Below, piece after piece: positions 50,015-60,500 of a stretch of DNA of 64,000 nt (position 1 is the stretch's first letter; each line of letters opens with the position of its first letter). Made by a program: the position numbers and the translations under genes. The notes beneath the pieces are model-generated. The model was not told where the DNA came from. It was given only the letters and a program-made list of their open reading frames with translations, and did no database searches. Source of the stretch: Bugula neritina (taxonomy: Eukaryota > Animalia > Bryozoa); assembly GCA_964035545.1 (NCBI GenBank), contig OZ037773.1:1517751-1581750 (forward strand), read 5' to 3'.

Positions 50015-52273
50015 GTTAAACTACCCCGGCCCGCAGATGTTCCCACCTCCTGCGGGCCGTCTGTGAATCACCCAGGGAGGCCCGCGCGTCTGTCGCCCCG
50101 CTGGGCGCCGCGCGGAGATGCTGTGAAGTGGCGACCCCCGCGGCAAGTAGGCTCAAGCCACTCGCCGCCTGGGTCCTCTACGCCACTCCGGCACCAACAC
50201 GGAGCCGGCAGACGGTTGACCACAGAGCCTGCGAGGGAAACGGTACAAGCGCCGCAAGGCGTACCGCCCCAACCTCGGCAGCTGGTCAATAGTCGCCGCC
50301 AACCGTGGACCCCTCGACCCACAGCGAGGGAGGTGCAACCACGGCACACTCAATTGCAGCCGCACGGAAGTAGCTACTTCCTGCCAGGGAAGTTAGCCGG
50401 CAAGCCTGCCAACTTCCTCCTTGACTCCGGCTGCACCACCAACCTCCTTAGCCGTCAGTTCTTTGACACCCTCAGCGCTAAGGTCAAGGACAGGTTGGCA
50501 CCGTACGAGGGGGATCATGGCACCTTGGCAGACGGGTCGTGCATTCCATTCTACGGCATTATTGAGCTAACTGGTTACGTCCGTAACCAGGCCATCCAAG
50601 AGACGTTTATCGTCGGGCAGCTCAACGAGGATGCTATCCTCGGGATGCCATTCTTACAACGACACGGTTGTCGCATCGATTTCAGTAAATCTGCGATAAT
50701 CATGGGCGACAAGGAGCTCGCTTGTGTCGATAAGTTTGGTCGTCCTCTAGCGGGAGCAGTGCAGGTAGTACGGAGCTGTACTATACCAGGCCACTCCCGG
50801 GCTACCGTCCGCTGCAAGGTAGACGGTGGCCAAACCTCTAAGTTGGGAGTTGTCGAAAGTACGCACTCGAGAGTCCAACTTGCCCGTAGTTTTAGCCGGC
50901 TCACGGGGCAAGGAGAGATCTCAGTGCAGTGTGTCAACCCCTTCTCAGAGACAGTAGACCTACCACCCAGATCCATGCTGGGTCGCTTCCATCCTGTCCA
51001 GGAGGAAGCCATTGGGCCGTCGTCGGGAGCTACGACGGAAGGTCCTCAGCAGAGCCCGTCTCGAGGGCGGAGGACCGTCCCAACCCACGCCTCCCCTCCT
51101 CCAGGGACGCGTGGCTGCACAGGCAATGGGAAGCGCCAGGCTATGGCTAGGTTGCCACATGGGTACAGTGAGGCGTTCAGCCACACAGACCACGGAGCCC
51201 GCCTAAATAGAGCAGGCTGCCGTGAGGTACCACGGGCGGCGAGGACCGCCCCTGCTCAGCCACTTCAACAGAGGGCTGACACGCCCCCGGAGGCTGCCCA
51301 GAGCCTCCGCGCCAAACCTGTATGGGCTGGTAACGTTAGGGAGCTGCCGAAGCTCCAGGAATGCCTTCCTGGGGTGGTAGCCGACGTGTACCGAGCGAAA
51401 CAGGAGGGGCGACGACCCAGTAGTACACAACGGCGACAGGGATGCGCCGAGTTACGGCTGTACTGTCAACGTTGGAGCTCTCTGCGGGTCGGGCCAGATG
51501 GTCTGCTAACCATGACCTTGGCCGCCAACAACGGACAGCCAGCCAGGAAGAGGGTTGTCTGCCCAGTTGCCATCCGCCGGAAGTTGATACAAGACACCCA
51601 CGAGGAGACTCACGGAGGAGTCCAAGGGGTGGTCACCAAGCTACAACTCCGGTGGTACTGGCCTAACATGGAACGGGATATCCGACGCAGAGTGAGACGG
51701 TGCAAAGTCTGCCAGACCAACAAGCATAGCCGTCTCCCTGGTGAAGCGGGGCGGCAGACGCATTGTGCGAGAAGGTCTCGGCAGGCGGAGACTGTCAACC
51801 TGGCCGGAAACACCTCCATGACACGTCAGGAAGACTTGGCGAGGCGAGAAAGGCCACTTCCGTCCTTGAAAGTGCGCCCACCGCCCCCAACGTCAAGCCT
51901 GCCATCATCACCACTTCCGGAACCAGAAACAGGTCCGGAAGTGCAAAAACCCCCCGTGGGAGGGGCTCCGCAAGGAGATACCAACATAGGACCAGGACCA
52001 TACACTAGGCAACTTCCAGCGTGTCTCAGAGACTGTGTACGTGACCGCGGTATAAGCGGCAGTAACAAAAGTCTAGAGAGGCCTCGCATGGGAAAACAGG
52101 CAAAGAGCCGTGGGAGTTGTGATCACCACGAGAATCTCAACTTTTGCCTCGGCGGAATCTCACACGAGATTCATCCGCTGGAAGTGAAAAGCCCTAGTCA
52201 CGTTTCACAACCACGCTGTCCGGTCTTTTCCTATGTTGATGCAGTCGAGAGTAGACGTGCCAGTAAACAGTAG
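50015..52273 (+). CDS. pol: Internally deleted Pol (-1 frame): aspartic protease, RT N-terminal stub, integrase HHCC finger, C-terminal tail
   Basis: FLLDSGCTTNLLS and ILGMPFL (protease); THEETHGG...WYWPNMERDIRRRVRRCKVCQ (H2C2); no YxDD, no RNase H, no D,D35E core. Confidence 0.82.
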   Translation, partial: VKLPRPADVPTSCGPSVNHPGRPARLSPRWAPRGDAVKWRPPRQVGSSHSPPGSSTPLRHQHGAGRRLTTEPARETVQAPQGVPPQPRQLVNSRRQPWTPRPTAREVQPRHTQLQPHGSSYFLPGKLAGKPANFLLDSGCTTNLLSRQFFDTLSAKVKDRLAPYEGDHGTLADGSCIPFYGIIELTGYVRNQAIQETFIVGQLNEDAILGMPFLQRHGCRIDFSKSAIIMGDKELACVDKFGRPLAGAVQVVRSCTIPGHSRATVRCKVDGGQTSKLGVVESTHSRVQLARSFSRLTGQGEISVQCVNPFSETVDLPPRSMLGRFHPVQEEAIGPSSGATTEGPQQSPSRGRRTVPTHASPPPGTRGCTGNGKRQAMARLPHGYSEAFSHTDHGARLNRAGCREVPRAARTAPAQPLQQRADTPPEAAQSLRAKPVWAGNVRELPKLQECLPGVVADVYRAKQEGRRPSSTQRRQGCAELRLYCQRWSSLRVGPDGLLTMTLAANNGQPARKRVVCPVAIRRKLIQDTHEETHGGVQGVVTKLQLRWYWPNMERDIRRRVRRCKVCQTNKHSRLPGEAGRQTHCARRSRQAETVNLAGNTSMTRQEDLARRERPLPSLKVRPPPPTSSLPSSPLPEPETGPEVQKPPVGGAPQGDTNIGPGPYTRQLPACLRDCVRDRGISGSNKSLERPRMGKQAKSRGSCDHHENLNFCLGGISHEIHPLEVKSPSHVSQPRCPVFSYVDAVESRRASKQ

Positions 52274-52296
52274 TCAGTTACCACTTTCATTCCAAA

Positions 52297-53350
52297 ATGT
52301 CTTACTATTCTGGATCGAAGGGTGAGTTAATTATGTTTTTGGTACGATAACTAGACTGCATCAGTCAGCTTAGCTACACTAGCTAAGCTGGAGATTCGAT
52401 AATGATAAACAGTGGTGGGAATACACGTCGACTTTGATTTTAAATAATCTGTCATAGCGAGTGTGTTCTCCATCAACTATTCATTAGCCTGAATCTCACG
52501 AGTGTAACTGAACAGAGTACCGGTCAGGCTGTACACGCCGACGGTGCCTCAGTGTATAATCTTTAACACTGCTACTCTTTCAGATCACACTCGAGTGACC
52601 ACCTCCCGGTCACGGGACCAGCCAACCTCTCTGTCTATGGAAGAAGAGCCTGTAATGGAGAATGGCATACCAGTAGTACTCCGCCGACGACACCGTTGGG
52701 TGTCACCCACGACAGAGAGGAGAATTGAAGAAGCCTGGGGACCCAGTGGACCACACCGAACCTGCCAGGTCTGCTTTGAGGAGTGCCCGTCGCACCGCTC
52801 CTTGCGTTTACATGTAGATGCCCATTTCCTACTCCACTTCTGTCCCTGCGGGTTCCACGACGTCTACCCGTATCCCGTGACAGTACATAAGCTAAGCTGC
52901 TTCGCCGCAGAGAACCACACTGTTGATGAAGACAGTTTCCCCCTATACCTGGATGCCATCAAACCAGTCATCAGGAAGGCTATTACCCTGGCCGCACTAA
53001 CGTCAGGGTTTCACGTACTGTTACTATCTGCCCGCCATAAGTCCCCTATGGTTCAGGGCCCACCTCCTACCCCCGTCAACCCTAGCAACACCCCAGAAGT
53101 AGAAGAAACAACCATATCCCGTATAACGGAGACCCCTATAACCCCACCAAGGCCTAGCCAGCTGGCTAACGTAGAAGAGCGGCTTCTAAGACTGCAAGCC
53201 GAGTTCACACAACTTGCCCCTGACTTGCTGGATACGACGACAGGTCTATACCAGTTGAAGGACTCAGTGGGACGACTGAAGAGGCGGCTACGGGCCCGAC
53301 AGGCTCGACACAGAGCACGGTCGCTACAAGAAGCAGAGTCCAACCAATGA
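52297..53350 (+). CDS. ORF3 of the LTR element: C2H2/C2HC zinc fingers plus coiled coil; probably two exons (52297-52321, 52584-53350), 263 aa
   Basis: CAAAATG start, G|GTGAGT donor at 52322, TCTTTCAG| acceptor at 52583, in-frame join. Contains C-x2-C-x12-H-x3-H then C-x-C-x12-H-x3-C, and a heptad-repeat C-terminus. An unspliced alternative starts at ATG 52637. Confidence 0.7.
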
Positions 53351-53629
53351 GAATGCCTGGGGTAGGCACCTTCGTTGAGCTATAGCTCGTTTGGAATGTG
53401 ACGAGCGCTCCGACATTGGCTCGCGTGCTGGTAAGCACCCTCTCTCTTAATAGCTGACTAGATGTGTGTGATCGATCACCCTGTTGTCTTCTAATGTAAA
53501 CGTTGTCGTGTTTAACTATTTCTTTTCTTACTCTTTGTGGGTTTACTTATGTATATTTTCCTTTTTGGATTATTGTATGGTTTTTCATTATGTTTTTTAT
53601 TGTGTTATCAGAAAGTAGGGCTTTCTGCT

Positions 53630-53640
53630 GGGGGGGACGG
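53630..53640 (+). other. Polypurine tract
   Basis: GGGGGGGACGG immediately 5' of the 3' LTR. Confidence 0.8.
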
Positions 53641-53992
53641 TGTAGTGAGTAGTGCAAGTACAAATACAGGAATCGCCCTCTCCCTACTCTTGGAATACTT
53701 AGACTCTTATGCGGCAACCAATTAGCAGCTCCGGAAGATATGCTTCCGAGTCACGTGACACTTCCCGGGTTATTAACATTATATCACGTTGTTGTAAGCG
53801 GAGGCTTGTAGTAGTAACATGTGTTAGTAGTTGACTCTTGTATAGGATAATTTGATGTGATGTTTGGTTTATGCTTTATTGTGGATAATAAATATAATTA
53901 CTCGACAGCTACCTTAGTAATTGATAACAGAATAACCAGCTAACTATACGCAAGTAAATAACTCACGCTCAGTAATTGCACAAATTACTACA
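53641..53992 (+). repeat. 3' LTR (352 bp)
   Basis: Direct repeat of 48729-49080. Confidence 0.95.
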
Positions 53993-54705
53993 CTTTCACC
54001 TAGTAATAGTAATAGCAATAGTATTATTATTACTATTACTATTACTATTACTACTAGTATTGGTAACTGAGTCTGACTAACTCACAACATTAACAGTAAC
54101 ACTAAGTCTAACTGTAACTGTAAAGCTAAATACAGATACAAATTGAAATATTTATTGTAACAGTCAGTAATACTAATACTATTAGTAAAGTGGTAGTATC
54201 AGATCAGTTATACTCCTAGTTATACTAATTAGTAATTAGTAATTACTATTAGATTTAGACTTTAGTCTTACTGTTTGCGTTGCAGTATGAGTTACTCTTA
54301 TTCATAGTAATTACTAATTAGTATTATTTTTACTATTAGCACTATTTATTATTAATAAGTGTCATTAAAATCATTATATTTATTTAATTTTTTAGTGATT
54401 TAATTTTACTATACTGTAATTATTCCAGCTATTATAAGTATAACTATTACTAAAAGTAATTTGCTATTATACTTAGTCTTAGAGGAATCACAGAGCAAAT
54501 ACTTGCTTTGCAGTGACAATTACTAATAGTGTTAGTGTTACATTTACATTATGATCAAGTTGAACTTAAAGTTAAAGCATTAGTGTTAGTATAACAAATA
54601 CAATAACATTAATAATAACAGTTCTTAAGTGTGTTTAACATACTGTAAGACAATAATTACAAAACTGAAAGGTATCTATATTTTCATATTGATAGTTAAG
54701 CTGGG

Positions 54706-56261
54706 ATGCTAAAGAGAAAACTGCGTTCTAACGTTGATCAATTGCTAACAGCCAAGAGGAAAGCTGCAGAAGCAAGATTAGATATCTTGTTCTCTGATGA
54801 TGTTCCGCGGCCCACAAATGTGCAAGAGTGTATAAAATATATCAGAGAGCTGGTCGATTGGCGACAATTTTGTGGTAGGTTTTTGTACACCAAGTAGTTG
54901 TTTGATTTATTTTTGAAAAAAAATGAATCTATCATCTTTTCCTTGCTAAGATTGTAGCTCTTTTTTTTCATCGTCAAATGATATTTCAGTTGTTTACTTA
55001 GCTATCACAAAAATACCATCTTTTTTCAGAAAAGATTCCGCCCATTGTCATACAGAGCCAGTTGTATTCTATCCTTGTGGATCACACACAAATAGACAAT
55101 GAAATTAATACTCTTAGATGTCAAGGTCATATAGTAATCGTCAAACTAGATGCTGGCTATTATGGCATAGTTAATAAGAAGGAGTACTTAAATACAGGTA
55201 TGCTGTGCTCTTTATAGTTCTGGCGTCTTTCATTTTGTGAGCTAAAAGTGTTTGTGAAGAAATCATCTCAGCGTTGCTTAGCACTAGAGTTTGAGAGTTG
55301 CTGTGTATAGTAAGTCTTCACTGACTATAAACTGTGCTCTACAAATTCAGTCTTGTCACGGGTATTGCTTTGTCAGTATCCCGTGCATCTTAACCAACAC
55401 ACAGTGATTCATATTTTATCATGTTTTATTAATTTCACTGTGTATTTATTTTTTATATTACACTCTTTTGGATAGATATGTGTGTTGTTTTATGAACCTT
55501 AGTTGAAAGACAAATTGAAGAACTAGAATTGGAGAAAGAGACAGGAGATGGGTTTATAGCCTTTTGTACTGAAGGTGAATTAGATGTGGAACTCAGTGGC
55601 AAGCAGCTATTGCAAAATCTAACGGAGACACAAATAAATACTTTGGTTAGATCTGGATATCTCACGTCTGAAGTTACAGGTAGCTAAACCATGAAGTTTC
55701 CAACTGATCATGTGATGTTCTGTTTATTTTTAAACTTGAAAAGAGAAAGTAACTTCCAAAGTTTAAACTGTGATATAAACCATTTCCGTACGTTGTTGGC
55801 AAGTTCTATGCTAAAGCATTCAGCTGATCAAACTTTCATTTCAGCTGCCAGGACTTGTGCACGACTTTGTTGAGGCATTTAGGATTTCAAATTTCGTTTT
55901 TATATTTTTAAATTGTAAAATCAAACAGATAGCATATTACTATGAATGTAAATGTTTCACTCTTAGTGGATTTTTTTTTTGTGTATCAACAAATCTGTTT
56001 GTTGTAGGCATGTTTTACCTCTCTATACCAAATGCTGCGCTATTTCTACGCACCTTCAATGATGGACTGAAGTCACTTAAGTCTATAATCAAAAGGTCAA
56101 AGTTTAAAGAAATATTACTGATTGAGCTTCTAAAAAAAGAGGGAAAGAAAACGAAAAAATTAGGAAATATATATTATAGTTTGCATTTAATTGGGGCAGA
56201 GGTAGTAAAGATTGTTGGCACTACATCGGGCCCACTACTCAGATATGTTGAAGAGGATTAA
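54706..56261 (+). CDS. STK19: STK19 (winged-helix DNA repair factor), 4 coding exons
   Basis: Exons 54706-54874, 55030-55197, 55503-55679, 56008-56261 splice in frame: IPPIVIQSQLYS, LVRSGYLT, LSIPNAALFLR, KFKEILLIELL, LIGAEVVKIVGTTSGPLLR. Confidence 0.88.
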
Positions 56262-57587
56262 CTTCTCTGGCAATGTTGGTCTACAAAAACTTGTTCAAAG
56301 TTTAATAGTTTGTAAATGTCATTTTCAAGTGTTGGTGGTTGCGTAACTGGTTACTAAAATATTGCTCCTCAAGCTATGACATCACGAGGTGTCTGGACCT
56401 AGAATTTCTCCGATATCGATGGTGCTCCGCTACTATTTTTACAATTAGTTTATTTTTGATGCGTGTCAAAGATGGGCTTCCTTTGTAGGTGCAGAGGTTT
56501 AGCAACGTATATGTATATGTTCTGTGTGATGTCTAATAACAAAGTTAGATAAACTATACCAAGGAATTTTTAAAAGACTAGTACAGCCTGTTCGATATAT
56601 TTTTACTTACCAATTAAACTTGAGTGTAGTCCATAATTTAGATTGCCATGCTTCTTCAGCACCGTCATGTTTTTTATCAAATAAGAAAACTGTTTATTTT
56701 GAAAATCTCATGTATTTGTTTTATTATTCAGTTAGGTACCCAAGTAGTGTTTAGTAATGAAATTAATTTTTACTCATTTTTTTACTCAGAATATACAAAA
56801 TATTTTTATTTTGCTTGACAGTATTAAAAATCGAGAAACAATCTGGTAAAAGTTGATTATATGGCCAGTTGAATGAAGTAAACTCGCAAAGAAATTACTG
56901 TGTTTGTATCAGGATTATAAAGCAGCAGGAATTGCCTACTTTCTACTTCTCAATAAAGTATTAAAAAACTGCATTTCAACATTATAATTCAAGCTGTTGC
57001 AGCTAAGTCGTTTCCTATTTCTGAACCTTAAAATATAAATTTGTATTTCTTCTAAATAATCAAACACTGCCTAATGATTTGATACTTATTCAACTGACAC
57101 CCATTGCAGGTGATTTTATGTACTAGAGTAGGTCTAATGAGTACTTAGTTCCATCATACATCAGCTGGTTATATTCATCTTCTCAACAATAATTTCTATA
57201 AATTAATCTTTTCTCTTGCAAAGTCTAAGTCTGTTTGTCCAAATTGATTGAAGGCTGGTGTCCACATATTTATTATAGAACCAGATTTCACAGGCACACA
57301 TAATTGAAATACCAAAATAATGCATAGCAGGGTCAGCCCTGCTTTAAAAAAATATAATATTTATCAGCACAAATTTTATCAGATAAAATTAGACAAATAT
57401 GGTTTATTGTGTCAGCAATTAATAATTTGCTATATAAATGAAATTAAGTAATATATTATTGTAATGTACATGTAACAGAAGCTATAGTGAAATATAGAAT
57501 ATTTTAGACAGACATTATTCAGACAGTATAAATGCAAGTAGAAACACAGTTACACTGTTTACTTGGTATCAGAGTCAACTGCAGGCA

Positions 57588-60500
57588 CTATAAATCACTC
57601 CTACAAAATAAAACATTGAGTGAATACAGTCGAATGAATAGAGTGAGTGAGTACAGTAGAGTGAGTGACTACAGTAGAGTGACTGACTACAGTAGAGTGA
57701 CTGACTACAGTAGAGTGAGTGACTACAGTAGAGTGAATACAGAAGCGTTACTACAGTAGAGTGAATACAGTAGAGTGAATACAGTAGAGTGAATACAATA
57801 GAATGAATACGGTAAAATGAGTTACAAAATTAGCATAAGAAAAGATACCTAGCAGAGGACCACTGTTTCTCACTGTCGGTAAGGGGCACATATATAACGC
57901 CCATCAAAGATTTCTTTGTGAGAGAGCCATCTGGAGCTCGGTCTATCTGCACGAGGTCCTGGGACCCTCCTTCTGGCCCGTATGGTATAATCATTCTACC
58001 GCCTGGAGCCAGCTGGTCTACAAGCTAAAGTAAACATAGTCCACTAAACAACCACTCAGCTGTGGTGGTTTATACAAAATAATTGCATAATCAATGATAA
58101 TATGTTTAGAAACAATTTAATGTAAGGTCTGTAATATATCAGCTTCATAACTAAGGACAAGTCATGAAGCTGATGTTCACATCTGCTCATGTTGGAGCAA
58201 ATGTGGTTTTTATAGACTTGGTTTCTCACGTACTGACTGAGGGATGGTGGGTGCAGCAGCCCCCACATGTATTGCATCATAAGGTCCGTCTGACACATAG
58301 CCCAGTCTACCGTCTCCTAGCAACAGCTTCATCCTGCCAGAGTCTAATAACGCCTGAAATACGGCAGCAGCCAGCTGTTTAAAGTTCATTTAATGCTTAG
58401 CCAACACAGCTATAGTAAATGTAGGAAATGCACAAATGATGTGAAAGATTGAATCTAATAATTTGTCGCTTGAGAATTTAGTTTGCAATAAAAACTTCAC
58501 TAAGTGAAAATCAATGTTCTGTGAATCTACATTTTGGGAAAGAAAACAGAAAAAATATCGGTTTGTTACCATCACAGCTACTCGGTTACCTGAAGACTTG
58601 TATCCTTTCTTATATTTGCTAGCGAGTCATCTACTATACCTTTGATATGATCGATACCGACAACCCTTCCAGTCTCCCCAACCTACATTCAGTAACACAG
58701 TATTGGTCCTAGGGCTACACAAAATTATCACATTTCAGAAACAATTCAGTGCATTACACATTGTGAGGGTGACATGAAAACAGTTGAGAAAATCAACTAG
58801 CAAACACCAAGTTGTAATTGTCTACTTGTGGTGGGTGATGCAATGTGAGCAGCTAGCTGTTTGGGTATGTTATAAGACAGATTCTATAATTAAAGAGAAA
58901 TAATAACCATCACTACTCTTATATGTGATGTCATTACTAAATGTTATGTCACAACTATATGTGATGTTACTACGATATATGTGATGTCATCAGTATTTGT
59001 GATGTCATCAGTATATGTAGAGATAATAAGCATTACATACCATGAAAGCCATACAAGCCGTGAGGTACCCTGTCCCTGATCCCACATCTAAGGCCTTCTT
59101 GCCTTCCACCAAATGATTTGATAAGGCCTCCAACGCATAGGCATGCTATAAATTTATCAGTATTTAACAAATCCACTTACAGCAGGGCAAGCCTGTGAAA
59201 GGCTACAAATTACACCCGTATCAATTGTGAATATTTTGAGTTAATTTACAACACATAAAAAGGATGTCTACAACTATTGCCTTAAAATATTATTACTACA
59301 ACTTTTCTTAACTGAATGAGAATACATTTGAAAAACACTTCAGAAGATAAATTTTACTAGCATTGCATGAATATGGCACAACAAAATATTGCATGACATG
59401 TTTCTTTATTGGTTAGAGATAATATGCAGGAAATTTGTTTATAAGCATCATAAGTAGTACTGAATATTGAAAAACGTTATTCAAACACTAGAAGGTGAGA
59501 GTAAAGAAGGTGGGAGTATAGAAGGTGGGAGTATAGAAGGTGAGAGTGTAGAAGGAGAGAGTATAGAAGGTGAGAGTGTAGAAGGTGGGAGTATAGAATA
59601 TGGGAGTATAGAAGGTGAGAGTGTAGAAGGAGAGAGTATAGAAGGTGAGAGTATAGAAGGTGAGAGTGTTAACAGCTCACCATGTGTGGAGCGCTGATTG
59701 TAGCCTTGTAACCGATAGACTGAGGAGAATCTGCATATTTGTCTCGGTTAGTAAAGTGTCCTCTATCCACCTTCAACATTGCTTGTATGACACTCTCAGT
59801 TTTCAAAATTCCATTTCCTGTAAGTAAACCTTCCGTAACCATCAAGTTTGAAAAAAGAGGGCAACTCACACCATTAGCTTACTAAAGAAAAAAATGAAGG
59901 CTTTAGATGTGTACATAGTTCATCAAACTTTTAAATCAAACAGGCTTACCGACATATATCTGTGAAAGAAAAATGCTAATAGTAAAGGGGAGAGCTATTG
60001 AAAGTTCCAGTTCTTTAGGAATGGCTAAGAACTGCAACATTTAATTCTTAGAGCTTTTCTCTTGGGTATATCAATTTCAGACAAAAATGAAGGTGCACGT
60101 ATTTAGAGAAAAAAGAATTGGGAAATCAAAAATAGAAGCATAAAAAATTAACTTTCTAAAACTCTATTCTTTTATTTAAAAAAAAGTCTCAGTGTTTATA
60201 GAAAAAAGTTTGAAACTGCACACCCAGATAAATAGTACGGCACAGATATAATGCATACTAATCAGGCATGTACAGTGCTGTGAAAAAGTTTAAGGACGCT
60301 TGCAGAAATTTCTATGTATCTTGTTTAATAGGCATTTCTTGGAAGTTCTTAGTATTTTCCTGCAAGTTCTATATATCAAAATGACCCTTAGAATGTGCAC
60401 TACAATTTCCACCTTATAGATTTTTACTGCTGTAATGTTTTCTACCTATTTTTGGGCTAACTACACAAGCAGCTGAGAAAGCGCAACTCCTGTGTTTTTA

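Larger units (their letters stand above)
48729..53992 (+). mobile_element. Ty3/gypsy-type LTR retrotransposon, 5264 bp, recent insertion, non-autonomous (no RT, RNase H or IN core)
   Basis: TG...CA LTRs at 48729-49080 and 53641-53992; TSD CTTT (48725-48728, 53993-53996); PBS, PPT, gag with CCHC knuckle, aspartic protease, and integrase HHCC finger downstream of the RT remnant (gypsy order). Confidence 0.95.

Noticed and set aside
52544-53350. ORF3 as an envelope gene
   Set aside because: No signal peptide, fusion peptide or transmembrane helix is visible; it has zinc fingers instead.
49076-53438. Antisense and alternate-frame ORFs within the LTR element
   Set aside because: Expected by-products of GC-rich coding sequence; no recognisable motifs.
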